Shown: positions 1-15,200, counted from the stretch's first letter. The stretch is DNA of 64,000 nt from Camelus dromedarius (GCF_036321535.1 NC_087437.1:81594001-81658000), one strand, 5' to 3'. The notes: generated from the letters alone by a model not told the origin. Numbers and translations: made by a program.

Positions 1-120
1 GGTCCTGGGTTCAAGCCCCAGTACCTCCATTAAATAAATAGATGAATAAACCTAATTACCTCTTCCCCCAAAAAAGATTAATTTAAAAAATAATAAATAA
101 AATAATTAATTTTGGGAAAA
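1..120 (+). mobile_element. tRNA-Ala-derived camelid-type SINE (vic-1-like), 5' end cut by window edge
   Basis: B box GGTTCAAGCCCC, then CAGTACCTCC, AAACCTAATTACC and A-rich tail; same family as copies at 24.4, 51.9 and 52.5 kb. Confidence 0.85.
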
Positions 121-129
121 AAACAATTG

Positions 130-1260
130 AGTTTCATTATTTTGAAGTTTTATTAGGCACTTAAAAGTTCGTGGTTATGATGTTTTCTTGGCATCATGTG
201 ATGTAACTTTTATCAATAAAACTGCCTTTCTGTGCTCCGTCTGAGGCATTTGAATGGTATTTTGTCTGATACTGCCTTTTGTTTGATACTACGTTCTTTT
301 TTTTTTGCAAGTATTTGTATTCTGTAACTTCTTTACATTCTTTTTTGACCTTTCATTTTGTTTTATGTCATGCCCTATAGGTAGCGTGTAGTTGTTTTTT
401 ATTTTAAATAGTTTGAAAATTTTATAATAGGGAGAATTCACCTGTTCACGTTTATTGTTATTATTGATCTGTTTAATGATTCCTGCCGTATGTACTTTGC
501 CATTTTGTTTCTTCCTTTACCTTCCCCTCCTTGCTTTTTGTTATATTGATCATCTCCCCCACTTTGGGGTTTATTTGTAGTGGTAAGGAAGTTGTACACT
601 TCTATTTCTGTTCTAGCATTCAACCTTAAATGCTAATTTAGTTAGGTATAAGATTTTAACTTCAAGATAGTCTTTCTTCAGAACTTTGAAGTTGTTAACT
701 CGTTTTTAATACCTAGTGTTGGTGACAGTCTGACCCAGTTTGGTTCTTTTTCCTTTATAGGTAATCTGTTTTTTCTACTAAAAACTTTTAGAATTTTTGT
801 TGTGAAATTTCACCATGATGTGTCTAAAAATATGTGTCATTTATTTCAACTCCAGGAATTTTTCTATTATTTTTTTAAACACTCTTTTCTGTGCCTTTCC
901 TTCTAAACTTCAGATAGATAGATGTTGGAACTTTGGGATTTATACTCCATATCATCTAACTTTTCCTCCAAAATTCTCCCCTCCCTGTCCTCTGTTCTTA
1001 CTGCATTCTGGCCGACCTCCTTGGTTCTACCTTCTACTTGTTAATTTCCTCCTCAGTTATGCCCATTCCAATATACAGTCCATCCACTGAGTTCATTGTA
1101 ATAATTCTTTTGAATTTTCAAGATGTCTAATTGGTGCTCTTTAAAAACCCTTTTTTAAAGTGACTGTGATAACCACTCATTCCTCTGATGTTAAATTTTG
1201 TTTTGCTTGGTTTATCCTGGTTTCCGAAATACTAGCTTTTTATTTGAGTCAGGTGCCTCT
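130..1260 (-). mobile_element. Old, degraded L1 fragments
   Basis: T-rich decayed sequence resembling antisense L1M; family not resolved. Confidence 0.5.
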
Positions 1261-2500
1261 CTTTTATGATATTAATTTTCCTTTATGTTAGCAGTTCTCA
1301 AGACCATGGTCTCTTGGAAGATAGCCAAGGTATGCATGTCAGTCATCCCTTGGGTGGAGGGGATCCTCACTCCTGTATGATACAGCCCTACTCCACTCTG
1401 ACTTCTCTTTCTCTTAGTGGAGTGGGAGGACTGATGAGGTTGCTTCAAGTGCAGTTTCCAGCAGTTAACTTGATAGTGGCCCTCGAATACACTACATGAG
1501 AGTCCTAGTCATCTTGTATTATGAATGTTTTGTGCCAGGGACTTTTACTGTCAAAGTTTTTGGAAGGTGATTAAAACTTTTTGGAAGGTGATTGAAGCTT
1601 TATACAAATGGAAGATTTTATATTCATCTGTTACTTTATTTGTGTTTTATTTGGTTCTTTTCATCCTCCCACATCTTAGTTTTTAAATGTGCATATTTCT
1701 TATTGACATTAGTTAGCTTAAACTAGCTATTTAGTATTCTGAACTTAGAGTTTCCTACACATCATTCTTTTTAAAATAACTGTAGCTACATTCAGACTAA
1801 AGGAGAGGGGAAAGAACAGGTAAATGGAGGAAAACAGCAGCAAAGAAAAATGAAGGAAAAGTAAGGGAGAAAAGAGCAGATACAAAAAGTTGCTACCCGG
1901 TCTTCTCTTTGTGACTGAGATGGCCTGGGCCCCAACCAATATAGCTTTCACAGTCTCTGTAAGTTATTTCTGGGGGCAGCTACTTCTGTTTTTGTTTTGT
2001 CAGTGCTTACCTGTTGGAGAGATATGGGTTCTTTCATAATCACATATTTGTTAAAATTGAATGATGTTGACAGACAAAGTTTTGGGTGAAGATGTGCCAC
2101 ACAGCTCTTGGACGTAGCGGAAACCTAGATAACTGGATTTGTCTACAGAGATGCTTCCCAAATGTTGAATAAAGCTTTTGCAACTGTCCTCAGTGGAAAT
2201 TAACTACCAACTCAGTGAGTTGGGTCCTCTTGGAAGCAGATTTTGAGACAAGGTGGGAGTGCAAAAAATTTATTGATGAGCAAACAGAAGATTTGGGGTA
2301 ACAATTGTAATGAAGATGGCACAGTGCTTCTAGTATCTATTCTACACTGTTGACAAACAGTCTAATAGAAAAAGAGCAACACACATGAATAAGTGATTTT
2401 CAGAGTGAAAAAGCCAACTGGCCAATAAACATGGAAAGATTTTCAAATTCATTTGTAGTGAGGAAAATGTGAATTAAAATGATATCAGAATATTACATTG

Positions 2501-2724
2501 CACTGGGGTTTTTTAGCCTTGGCACTATTGATCCTTTGGATCTGATAAGTCATTGTTGTGGGGTGCTGTCCTGTGCAGTGTAGAATATTAGCAGCATTCC
2601 TGGTATCTACTTACTAGATACCAGTTGCACTTCCCCCTGACCCATAGTTGTCATAATCAAAAATGTCACCAGACGTTGTGAAATGTACCCTAGAGGGAAA
2701 ATCATCCCTGATTGGGAACCACTG
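2501..2724. mobile_element. MER20-like hAT MITE
   Basis: CCTTGGCACTATTGA...GCTGTCCTGTGCA...AAAAATGTCACCAGAC...GAACCACTG. Confidence 0.8.
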
Positions 2725-3033
2725 TTTTATATTCATTAGGAGTGGATAGACAAGCTATCATATCTCTTGTTGACAGGAATAGTGGAAAAGTGGTACTTTT
2801 TTTGGAAAAGTCTGAGTGTTTTTCAACTCAAAAATACATAAGCTTTTTGGTTTAGCAATCCTATTACTAAGACTATCCCATGAAAATATTTATATGCGTG
2901 ACCTGCATTGTGAACGGCCATTCTAGCCGTTCTACCCTCCCATTGTTTCTTCAGCTTGTCATTTAATCACTGTGATTTGAATCTATAACTGAAGTATTGA
3001 TAGGTGTTTCATAATTGTTTCCTCTCATTTCAG

Positions 3034-3207
3034 AACTCTCTTGATAGAGCCCAAGCAGCCAAGAACAAAGGCAACAAATATTTTAAAGCAGGAAAATATG
3101 AACAAGCTATTCAGTGCTATACCGAGGCTATCAGTTTGTGTCCTACAGAGAAGAACGTCGACCTTTCCACATTTTATCAAAACAGAGCTGCTGCCTTTGA
3201 GCAGTTG
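3034..3207 (+). CDS. TOMM70: TOMM70 exon 2
   Basis: tttcag|AAC...TTG|gtatgt; 174 nt; [18 protein letters not shown]...AAAFEQL. Confidence 0.97.
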
Positions 3208-6200
3208 GTATGTATCCTAGGTTGGTTTTTTCTGTTCTTTTTGTTTCTCTTTATTTGCATAATGTTTCAGTTAATGCCACTCAAATAAATCTAATAAACT
3301 CTTTGAAGTTGTTTTGAAATTAAAGGATTTTTTTTTGTTTTGTTTTTGTATCCTTTAATTACTTAACTTTTTAAGAACAAATTTTAGTTTTGCTGGTTAC
3401 AAATATAATCCAACGTTGTATATGTCAGATATTATAAAATTAAATAAAACAAAGTTTAAGTTTCTGGTGACCTCATTCTTCTCAACAGTTTGAGTCTATT
3501 TCTTCAACTTTTGTATCCATATTTGTAACAGTAGCATATAGAAGGGTAAAAGACCAAAGATGAATTCCTATTACATTATAATATTTTTCAGTTGCTACTA
3601 AATCTTGTGTAGCTATTCATAGCACACACAGATCTGTTTCACTCTTTTTAAAGTCTGTATGTACTAGTTGTTTTATAGTGGAAAACATCTCCCTGTTGAT
3701 TAACATTTGAATTGCTTCCTATTTTCCCTGTTGCATTTAGTGTTGCAGTAAATATTTTTGTAAGTATTTTTTTGCATACTTTCAGGAGGATAGAATTGTA
3801 GAAATGGAAATATAAAGAGATAGTATCAACATCTACTCTAAATATATATAAGCATGCTTGTTTTCTGGTATCTCACTGACTATGTGTATTATCAATCTTA
3901 ATATTTGCCACTCTGGTAGAAAAGTACTCTTATTGTTTTAATTTGCACTTTTTGAGATATTGGTGAAGTGGACCATCTTTTTCTGTGTTTATTGGACATT
4001 GGTATTTTCTGCATTTTTTGTTCAACCAAATTTTATTGACTGTCTCATATATGGAAGGCACTATAGTAGGAGCTAGGTCTATAAAAGCAAACAGTTATGC
4101 ATAGAACTCAAGAATCTCTAAACAGTGAAATATTAAATGACACTTTGATAAATGCTTTGATTCTATAATAGAGGAATGACTGGGGTTGGTGCATAAAATA
4201 GTGGAGAATAGAGTGTTACAAATAGAGGATACAGTCTATGTAATTGCTCTGAGGCAGGCAAGAGTTTGGCATGATTAAAGAAGTATGTTTAAAGGACCCT
4301 GGGGTATAGAGAGATGAAGTTGGAGAGGTAGCAGGGGCCAGATCAGGCAAAGCCTTGCAATGGTAAGAAATTTGGATTTGATTCTGAGTGTAATGGGAAC
4401 TGTTTAAGGATTTTAAATAGGGCAGGAACATCATCTAAAATTGTTCCCACTGTTCTGTCAAGAATATATTGAGGGAGACAAGAGTGGAGGCAGGGAATAA
4501 GGAAGGATGTTGTAGTTACCTAGGTGAGACATGGAGGAAAGCTGAAGACCAACAGAACTTGCTGTTCATTAGATGTCAAGAGTGAGGAGAAGCAGGAGTT
4601 TTAATAGTAGTGGAGTGAAGGAGTGAGGCAACTAAGTAGACAGTTGAATTGAGAAATGTCGCTATTTTAGGAGAGTGGTTTGGGTTAAAGAGGAAATTTG
4701 GGAGTCATCTAGGTTTAGATATTATATACTACCAGGACAATAGATGTGATCCTAGGAGAGAAGGGATGAGTCCTTGAGCATTCCAGCATGTAGAAAGCAG
4801 GTAGAGGGGAGGCGTCAGCTACGGAAATTGAGAAGGATCAGTGAGGTAGGTAAAATCGAGTGGCAACTCCTTCGAGGTTTGGCAATAAAGAGGAGCTGAG
4901 AAACAGGATAATAACTCCAGGGAATTACGGAATCAAAGGAGGGTTTTTAAAAGATGGAAAATACTAAAGCAGGTGTTTTTATGCTCATTGTAATAATTCA
5001 GTAGAGAAGCAATTTGATGCAGAGACAGGGTAGCTTAAGCAGTGAAGTCCTTGAAGTGGGGGGAGTGTGGATCCATATCACAAGTGGAGGGTTGGCCTTT
5101 AATGAAGAGGGTTGCTTCCTTAGTTTTCACAGAAGGAGATGGTATGATCATATAGATGCAGGTAGGTTTATAGATTTGGTGGTAGAAAGATGGCTTAAGT
5201 ATGTCCTTTACCTATTGTAAAAAAAATCAGGTTGCTTATCTCTACTACAGTTATTTATATGAGCTATTATAATGTATGTGGGTATTAATTCTTTGTATGA
5301 ATTGGGAATATTTTTTCCTTTTGTGGGACTCTTAATACTTGTCCTTTTAAGTTTAGAAAACTGATTCCTGTTGAACAGTGCTTCCTTTAGTGTGACTTTT
5401 TTTTAATACTTTCAATTACAGCAAAAATGGAAAGAGGTGGCACAAGATTGTACAAAGGCTGTTGAACTTAATCCCAAATATGTGAAAGCTCTCTTTAGAC
5501 GTGCAAAAGCCCACGAGAAGCTAGACAATAAGAAGGAATGTTTAGAAGGTGAGGGTGTTTTTGTGTTTACATATGAAAGTTACTAAAGGCTGTGTATTCG
5601 TTGGTAAATTTATATGAAACTGCCTCTGAGTAGAGAAATCAGTTTTATTTAAGCTTGACTCTTCCCCAGTTGAGACTTTGTTTTCTAGTTTAAATTGAGA
5701 TTGCTGATACTTGAGCACTGTCTCTGTTCCCAGCTATGGAATTAAATGATTTAGAGTTTGGAATTAAATGGTTTATATACCACACATTTTAAACTTGGCA
5801 ATTAATGAGCATCGGTGTAATTTCATGAATAAGAAATCAGAAAAGAGGTTTTAGTGAGTGATACTGTTTCTAGGTTTCTGCATATTTTCAGTTAATATCC
5901 TATATAAATATGAAATAATTTTGAGGTAGATCATTAAAGAAAACATTTGTTTTTTGCTTTTGGCATTTTCAAACATTATTGTATACTCAATTAGGAATTA
6001 TGTAATTGATACAAAGCATCAAGTGATTTTGCCATTCTCAGTAAATACTGTAAATATTCCTTGGTCTCTAACTGGTTGTATCTGCTGCCAAAACTCAATT
6101 AGGGTATTGGCTAATTACTGGCTTTTAAAGTACATTCTTCTAGGTGATGTGGAGCTAAACCAAAATACGATTTCAACAGTCTAAACATGCTTTCTGCTGC

Positions 6201-9200
6201 ATATTTAAATCTGCTTTAAAAGCATCAATAATCAGAAATTTATCTGTAATTATTTTAATAACATTATTATTTAAAAGGAAAAGGCTGTTTTATTTATTTA
6301 TTTTTAAAAATCTGGATTACCAAGTGAGAGTGGTTTAGAGAATATTTTGGAGCATTTTAGAGAATAACAAAGAACATTGCACTTTGGTGGTGGGTGGAAG
6401 GAATGTTGCTTTGGAAAAGAGAATTCTGAGTTTTGAACCAGACCTTGAAATTATTAAGAGATAATTGTAGAGAAGAGTTTAAGTGGATTTTAGATAGGAG
6501 AAATGGGATGGGAAAAAGTCGTTGACATTGGCACTAGCCAGATGACCAGGGGAACAGACAGCAGACTGACTTGTTTGGAGGAGCAAGGATGTGGAATAGT
6601 GAGAAACTGAGTTCAGAAAGAGAGGGGACAGCCATTGTTGCGTACTTTGAATGAAAAGTTGAGAAGTTAAGGAAACACTGATCTTTTAAATTTCAAATCA
6701 CTCTATATTGAGCTGTCGCATAGCCAGATTAAAATGGTATTTTGAAGCAGATTTAATTGACAGCTCTGTGGCAGGATGTCTTTGGAGACAAGGCTTACTA
6801 ACCCTAACCCTGAGGCATACAAAAAAAAAAAAAAAAAAAGACCAGACTTGAGAGAACCACATTATGTTGATTTGGCCTTTACTTACTGGTCAGAAGAGAA
6901 TATTCCTGGATTACCTGTTTTATTTACTGTGTACAATGCTAGAGTGGTGAGAAACATCACAAATCATGCAGTATAGTCTCTTTCATGTCACAAGTGAGGC
7001 AAGTGAATCCCAGAGAAGTGGGGTGACTTTCTGAACTTTGAGTTTGGTCATAGAGTGTATAAAACTATAAAGTGTTAAGAATCAGTTTATTGGAAATGAA
7101 ATTGACAGCCACATAAGGCTATGAATTTAGTCTGGCTTTCTGTGGTAACATTGAACCCATTTGATATTGCTAATCATCTCTGCAGTAATTTCACACTTTT
7201 GTTTTTTCCACCATTTCTAGATGTCACTGCTGTGTGTATATTAGAAGGTTTCCAAAATCAACAAAGCATGCTCTTAGCTGATAAAGTTCTTAAACTTCTT
7301 GGAAAAGAGAAAGCCAAAGAAAAATACAAGGTAAATTAATCTGAGATGGTTAATAGATGGAGGATACATTGTGAATGATCATTTCTAATTTATACTGTTA
7401 AACTTGGGCATGATGGTAACAGGTGAAATTAGATCTGAATTATATTTATTTTTCCTGTAATCTTGGGCTTTTGTGGCTTATCTTTTTAAAATGAGAATGT
7501 AGACTATGTCCAGTGTTGTACGTGGAGAATATTGAAAGAAGTCATATGTATTAGAGGTTGCCAAACAGTGGCTTATGGGCCAAATCTAGTCTACCACGTG
7601 TTTTTATAAATAACATCCCAATAATGTTTTATTGGAACTTAGCCATTCACATACTGTTTTTGGCTGCTTTTAAGCTACAACAGCAGAGTGGAGTGGTTGT
7701 GACAGAGACTGTATGGCATATCTGAGCTTTTACAGAAAAAATCTGCCAGCCCATGTCCATTAAAGTTTTAAAAGGCATACTGTATAAACTGGCATTGGTT
7801 TTACACAGCTAGTAGTAGGTGGTTTAATTCAAGAAGGATTTATTGAACATAGCTCCAAAGTGGGCATTTTAGAAGGGTGAGGTCAAAGACATAGTCCTTG
7901 CCCTTAAAGAATTACAGTTTAATGAGAAAGACATTAATAAGTGTAAAAGGCATAATACAGTGAAGTGTCATGGAGGGATATAAGTAGAGGGCTGTGGGAG
8001 TACCACAGGCATCACTAAACATCACTAGAGATTTTCTGTTAAATTTTATAATATCAAGGCAATTGTTCCTTTTTTCTTTAATAATAACTTGCTTTTCTCT
8101 TAAATAGATTTTAATAGTATCTTTGTATTTTTAATTTTACATTTCTGAATATTAGCTGAGTTAAACAGTTAAAACAGGTTTCTTCACTGCAGGATTTTGA
8201 TGTGCTAGTATGTGTTGTGAATCTCAAAGAGGAATATAGCTATAGTGGTTCTCAGTCTCTTTAACTACGGAAACTTTTTTCTTCCCTTCAGCATCTTAGA
8301 GAACTGGTGCTCCTCAAAACATTTTGCAAAATATCATGTTAGAATCTCACAAATTGAACCTTTAAGAAACCTAGTTTCCTCGTGTATACTTATGCAGTGC
8401 TATTGTTGGGTAATTATACTGGTTTGACTGAAGAGTAGTAAGTATAAGATAACCTACATTTACATAGATTCCAAATTAGTTTCCACATATTTTCTAGTCT
8501 GTTTGTATTCCACTTTGTAATTTGCAAGATACTTTCCATTTTATTTTTATTTTTATAATAACCCTATAAGATGAATAATGCCATTATTTTTATTGCTATT
8601 TTAGAGATGAGAAAACTGAGAGTGACATGTGCAAGGTCACTTACGTAATAAGTGGCAGAGCTAGAATTTGTATCTTGTTCCTTTGATGCTTAAGTCCATT
8701 ACGAGTAAAATATTGTTTTCATTTTAAATTAATATGTAACTCTGTGTGAAAGGGAAGTGGTAGCTTCATTTCTAAGCTGAAATAGGAAACTAAAAGACAT
8801 TATTGATTTACTCAGCTTCAGTAAGTGCTATTTAAATTTCTATTTAAACTTTTTCCCTGAAGTGGTAAATGATTGCCATTTATATATTCCTACTCAGAGT
8901 CTTTAGTGAAATACTTAAAATTAGGCATATTTCTATCAGTTGGTGGGTGATTATTTGACTTAAAATAGTTTTTATTTATATAATCCTTATTTAAGACACA
9001 TTGAATCTTTTCCCAGGGAGAGCACAAAAATATGGGTTTTCTGTTAGGGTTCCTATTCGGTTTTCTTCTTTTCCAGTTTCATCTATCTTAGAGTAGGTCA
9101 TTTACTTACAAAGCCAGATTCCCTTATTTTTTCCTCCTTCAAATACAAAGACATTAAATCTACCAAAATAACAGAATGGGTATTTGTTATACATACAGCT

Positions 9201-12200
9201 TAGAATATCATATTTCCATTCTAAAATCTTTGGGTTGAATTTTGTAGATAAAGGATCCAAAATATGTTATGAGAGCCCTTTGGCTATGTTAGTCCCTCTT
9301 CCCTGTTCCTTTAAAACTTTATCATCTTAAATATAATAAGAAGAAACAAAATACTTCTACAATTATGAATCAGGTTGCCATGTGAAAAAGTTGTAATTAA
9401 AACAGGAAATGTGATTTTATTCTGACTTTCAGTGGCATTTACTGTAATGGAGATCTTCAGTTGCAAGACAAGTTGAGGACAAATGAAAGCCTGTGGTAAA
9501 TGGACTTAACATTTTAGCACCTGTGTAAGGCATGGTCTTGAGTAGTAAATGGAGATGGTACTCTTCTAGGACGGGAACCAGAAGGAGATAACATAGCAGT
9601 TACCTGCCTCCTGTGTTCCAGATTTCACCTTCTTTTAGTGAGTGGTTCTGAGAGTCCTTGACATTTTTCATCTCTGGAGAGGGGAAAGGCTCTCATATAA
9701 AACCTACTTTGAACAGCTGGGACTGGCAGCTTTACCATTTCCACTGCCTATTTCCCTATGGTTTGGAGCCTGATATTCTTCAGTTATTTGAAAATGAGAT
9801 TCTCATTTTTTATGACAGTGGTTCTCAGTCGTCTACAAATGTACCTGCTTCTTTGGTTAGTGTTTTCTATTTTGATATATTTAAATATGATTAAATCACA
9901 GAATCGTGAACCTCTGATGCCATCTCCGCAGTTTATCAAATCTTACTTCAGTTCTTTCACGGATGATATAATTTCTCAGCCAATGCTTAAAGGAGAGAAG
10001 TCTGATGAAGATAAAGACAAGGAAGGGGAGGCTCTAGAAGTGAAAGAAAAGTAAGTGTGTTGAGCATGGTATCTGCTTAATGTTTTGGGGGAGGGGGGTA
10101 TAGTGGGAGTTTTTTGCTGCCATAGAGCCAGAGTGGGACTATGAGTCATCTCCCAAATAATCTATTCATAGGTAGATATAAATATAATAAAATTATATAA
10201 TAATGATATAGTAATAAAAATACTTCTTTTCTCACACATGTCTGTTACATCACTGGTGACTCAAGGTTTTACTGCCAAGAGTCTGCCCTGCTTTTAAGGT
10301 CCCACGTGATATTCCCAAGAGGACTCCCAGTGAGTCAAGCGATTGATTGTATTTGAATAGGGGCACTAACTTAAAAATGATTGTGTAGCTCAATATCCAG
10401 ATGTCTTAGTGCAAGGAAGTTCATAATTTCTAGTTTTTAGGAGTGCTGAAAAGAGTGCCTTTCTTCAAGGTTTTTTCTCCTTGCCCAGGAAAATGCCATT
10501 TGGGTTTGTGTTTGCTCCTGTGGAGAGTTGAAACCGAAGTAAAAGATGCTATGTTTATAACTGGAGCTCAAGTGATAAAATATAATATATAAGCCATCCA
10601 GCCTGCTTATCCATTTATATTTATCCAGTACTTTTATTTTGCTGTTGAGGCTAACTCTCCTCTCTAAGAGAAGGTACAGCATTATTGCCAACATGACATT
10701 TTCTAATGAGTTTGGAAGAAAAGGGAATACTGTTCCCATAGCAAAGCATAATTTTTGCATCTGTAGCATATTGGAAGGCTTAAGGAAAAAGATTGTTTTT
10801 GATTTGTATCTCCCAATTTTTCTACCATTGTTGGCCACCTTTTAAAGGAAGATATGCATAACTGTGACAAGATGTTCAAACTTGAGTTAGTTGATAAGCA
10901 ATCTCTTTAGAAAATTGTGGATATAAAGTAAGTGTTTAAGATGATGCCAATAATTGCCTCTTCTGGTTAGGAAATAGTCCTTGTTCCAGAAAAACTGCAA
11001 TGAAGTTAATACCATTATTCTAAAAGCTATGTTGAGAGGTGGCAGGACATAGCTATCTCTCACCAGAACACTAATTAGAACTGGACTGAAGTTTTTGAAT
11101 TCCATTGTACTCTGAGCCTTAGCTTCATCATTTTTCAAATGGGGCTTAATAATTACCTTTGAGGTTTATTGTGAGGTTTAGAGGTCATGTTTGTGAGCAT
11201 CTAACCCTTAGGTTCTCAATAAATAGGAACTTTTACTACTTCCAATCTGACAATAATTATTTTGTCTTACCTTGGTGACCTGAGGAATAATACTAGAGTG
11301 CAGGGAATATTAGAATGTAATTATAGAAAAGGTTAGCACAGAGTTTATAAGATTTTGGCTGGCATAACTTTTAAGTCACTTGCCAGTTTTCTCCATTCAG
11401 AATATGTAGCAAATGAAATGAGAAAATGTAATTTACAGTGTCTTATATTTGTAAGACCCCTTAAAGGTCGTCTAGTGTAAATTCCTTTTCAGTTAAAAAA
11501 ATTCCTTTTACAAGCATCATCAATAAAAGTCGTCATCTTATAAGAGTGATGCTATCATGGTCACTACTTTTTAAAAAGTATTTTCTTTAAGTCCTATTTG
11601 ATGGAAGAGTCTTCCTTTAAGTTTGCTGCTTTAATATTTCCACCTGTTCATTCTAGGTCTGTTCTTTTAGGTGAAACAGCACAACTTTGGGATGAGAGCC
11701 TTTCATGTATTTCCCTGCCTCCAGTTCTTGCTCCCTTGCAGCCCGTTTTCCACAACACAGCCAGAGTGATCTTTACAAAGTACAATTTGGGTCACACTTC
11801 CTCCCTTGGGCTCTGTGACCCTAAACTCACTTGATTGTTTTCTATTTCTCTGTTCTTTCTGTTAGTCATAAAGTAACTGTTGAGTGCCATCAGTGTGCCA
11901 CAGATAAGTTGGTGAATAAGACAGGATCTTTCCCTGTGCTGCATATCAGTCTGTCATTAGCTCATCTTTTCATGTATCTAGATGTTGAAGCCTAGGTAAT
12001 AACCTAAGGTTTCTGCCATTTTCTCTGCTGTTTCCTTTTTAAAAACTCTTTCCTAGGCAGCAAGAAAATCCCAGTCTGCATCAAAAATCCTAATCTGTTA
12101 CCCCCTGCTCCACTCCAGTCCCACACTGGCTGGTTAGCTTGTTAAGGGGATAAGGATGACTTCTTAACTCAGGTATACTAAATGTGGCAAGTTTTAGCAT

Positions 12201-15200
12201 TTGCTCCTTCCTTAGTAATTTTTTATGCTCAGTCTACTAGTAATAAATAATAAAATTTGTTAGTAATTTTCTTTGCTCATTTTATTTTCAGTTCTGGATA
12301 TTTAAAGGCCAAACAGTATATGGAAGAAGAAAACTATGATAAAATCATAAGTGAATGCTCAAAAGAAATAGATGCTCAAGGCAAATACATGGCAGAAGCA
12401 TTATTACTACGAGCTACCTTCTACCTGCTTATTGGCAACGCCAACGCGGCCAAACCAGATTTAGATAAGGTCATCAGCTTGAAAGAAGCTAATGTGAAGG
12501 TACATTTAAAACTGTGTGTATGTGAATGTGAGAAAATTAGTAATAAAAATGAGACATTTATATATGTTTTGCCAAATTTTTGGCATTTCAGTTGCCATTC
12601 TCCAAAAGATTATTTTTGACTTGGAAGGAACTACAACTAGATGACAGAGTTGGTGCAGTCAGACTACAACAAGCATCAGTGATAGTTATCTTCACCTGGG
12701 AAAGGGTTTTTTTCCTGTAGCGTCTGGTTGCTTCAGGTTCCCCACATATCTTCTGCCTGCAGTATTGGCCTGTATTTAGGTAAGGGTAGGGGTGCTGTTA
12801 TAGGTAATATATAGTAGTGCTGTTATAGGTAATATTGTAAATAATATGCGATATGCAGTACAAGGCTATAAAATGAATTTAATAAAAGGAACACATTTAA
12901 TATATTCTGAAAGATTTTATGTTACGTGAGGAAAAAACAGGTCCTAAAAAATATGATATAGAAATATATTGAAATATACCAAAAATTTTTTGCATTTGTA
13001 TGGTTGGAACAGCTTTTCATTTTCTAAGTGTTCTTATGTGTATGTAGTTATTTTCATAATTAAGATTTGGTGGAGGGTCTGTTGAATTATATAAGCTTTC
13101 TACTCGGTGTAACAGAAGCAGAGTTTAGCCACCAATTGACTATATTCCTTACTAGTTAGTTAACATCTCTGGTTCCTCACTGAATTAAATGAACTCTGGT
13201 TTTGTTCACCTCCAAATGAATCATTCATGTATTTTATGGAAAATGAGTTTTTAAGCCCTAAGTATTTGTTAGCAAATTAACTTCTTTTAAACAAAAGTAT
13301 TTAAGTATTTGTTGAAAGTTCCTTTCAAATTGGTGAGACTTTTGAGTTGAAGTTACCCTGGTAATAATTATCTTTATTTCCTGCTGATTTTCCTGCTGAT
13401 TGAAAATATGTTATTACATGTTTTTGTTCTCATTGTGGGGCAGTCTTGTTTGTTTCATTGAAGAAGACATTTGTACATACTTTTGCCTTGAAAAAAATTT
13501 GGGGGAAGAATCCTGTTTCTTATTTCATGATCATGGCTTTTTGTTTTAATGCCAAATTGTAATGATGCCTGTCATATGCCACGTACAAAAATTAGCTCAA
13601 AATGGATCAGAGACCTAAACATAAGAGCCGAAACTATAAGACTTGCAGAAGAAAATATAGGAAGAAATCTTCAATACTTTAGATTAAGCAGTGTTTCCTT
13701 AGGTAGGACATCAAAAGCACACATGACCAAAAAAAAAAAAAGAAAGGAAAACACATTCCACAGAATGGGAGAAAATATTCACAAATCATAAATCAGATAA
13801 GGGGCTTGTATCCTGAATATATTAAAGAACTCTTCTTACAACTCAACAATAAAAAGTCAGCCTAATATAAAAATAGGCAAAGGATCTGAATTTCTCCAAA
13901 GAATATGTACAACTGGTCAATAAGAATATGAAAAGATGCTTAGCATCATTAGCCATTTGGAAATGTAAATCAAAGTCTCAATGATGTATCACTTTATACC
14001 CACTAGAATAGCTATAATCAGAAAATTGAACAATTAAAAGTATTGGTGTAGACGTGGAGAAATTGGAACTCTTATGCATTGCTGGTAAGACTATAAAATG
14101 GTAAAGTCTTTTTGGAAACTAGTCTGGGAATTCCTCAAAAGGTTGAACATAGAGTTACTGTGTGACCCAGCAATTCTTCTCCTAGGTATAATATACTCAA
14201 GAGAATTGAATACATAATGTCAATACAAAAAGCTTATACATGAGAGTTCATAGCAGCATTATTCATAATAGCCAAAACATAGAAGCAGCTCAAATGTTCA
14301 TCACCTGATGAACAGATAAATAAAATGTGATATGTCTGTACAGTGGAATATTATTCAGCCATTTAAAATAATGACATACTGTTACATGCTACAACATAGA
14401 TGAACCTTGAAAACATTATGCTATGTGAGAGAAGTCAGACACAAAAAGACCTCATGATATACAATTCCATTTATATGAAATGTCTAGAATATACAAAACC
14501 ATAGAAATAGTAAGTACATTGATGGTTTCCAGGGACTGAGGATTAGGAGAGAAATAGGCAGTGCCTGCTAATTTGTATGAGGTTTCTTTTGGGGGTGGTG
14601 AATATGTTCTAGAATTAGATAGTGGTAATGGTTACACAATCCTGAATATACTTAAAATGACTGGCTTATATACTTTTTAAGGGGTTCGCTTTATGGTATG
14701 TGAATTAAATCTCAACAAAGCTGTTATTTAAAAAAAACTAAATTAGAATACAAAGTAGTAGCAATGAATCTTGTCTTATTTTCGGCATATAGCTTCGAGC
14801 AAATGCTCTCATCAAAAGAGGCAGCATGTACATGCAGCAGCAGCAGCCTTTGCTGTCCACTCAGGATTTTAACATGGCTGCCGACATTGATCCTCAAAAT
14901 GCAGATGTTTATCACCACCGAGGACAGGTAAATTAATTTTCTTATCAAGAATTCTGATCTTTGAATTGAGAAATTTGATGTCATTTTTGAGAATGTCGAC
15001 GTTTTCTCATATCACTTCCAATAGCTGTGAACAAAGTATTACAGTGATTTACAGTTTGGGTTGGCATTTATTTAGTCCCATCTTGAACATTTGTCCTTAT
15101 AATTTTGGTATTTCCATTAAAAAAAAAAGAGAGAGAGAGAGAGAAGAGGATGGCCATAAATGTTGGCTTGCCGGTTCAAGTTTGTTTTTCAGATGATTCT

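Noticed and set aside
6796..6840. CTAACCCTAACCCT next to an A run (telomere-like / retrocopy tail)
   Set aside because: Only about two hexamers and no TSD or identifiable body; consistent with chance.
14834..14846. CAG repeat (QQQQ) in TOMM70 exon 7
   Set aside because: Four Gln is the ordinary mammalian Tom70 sequence as recalled; no expansion.
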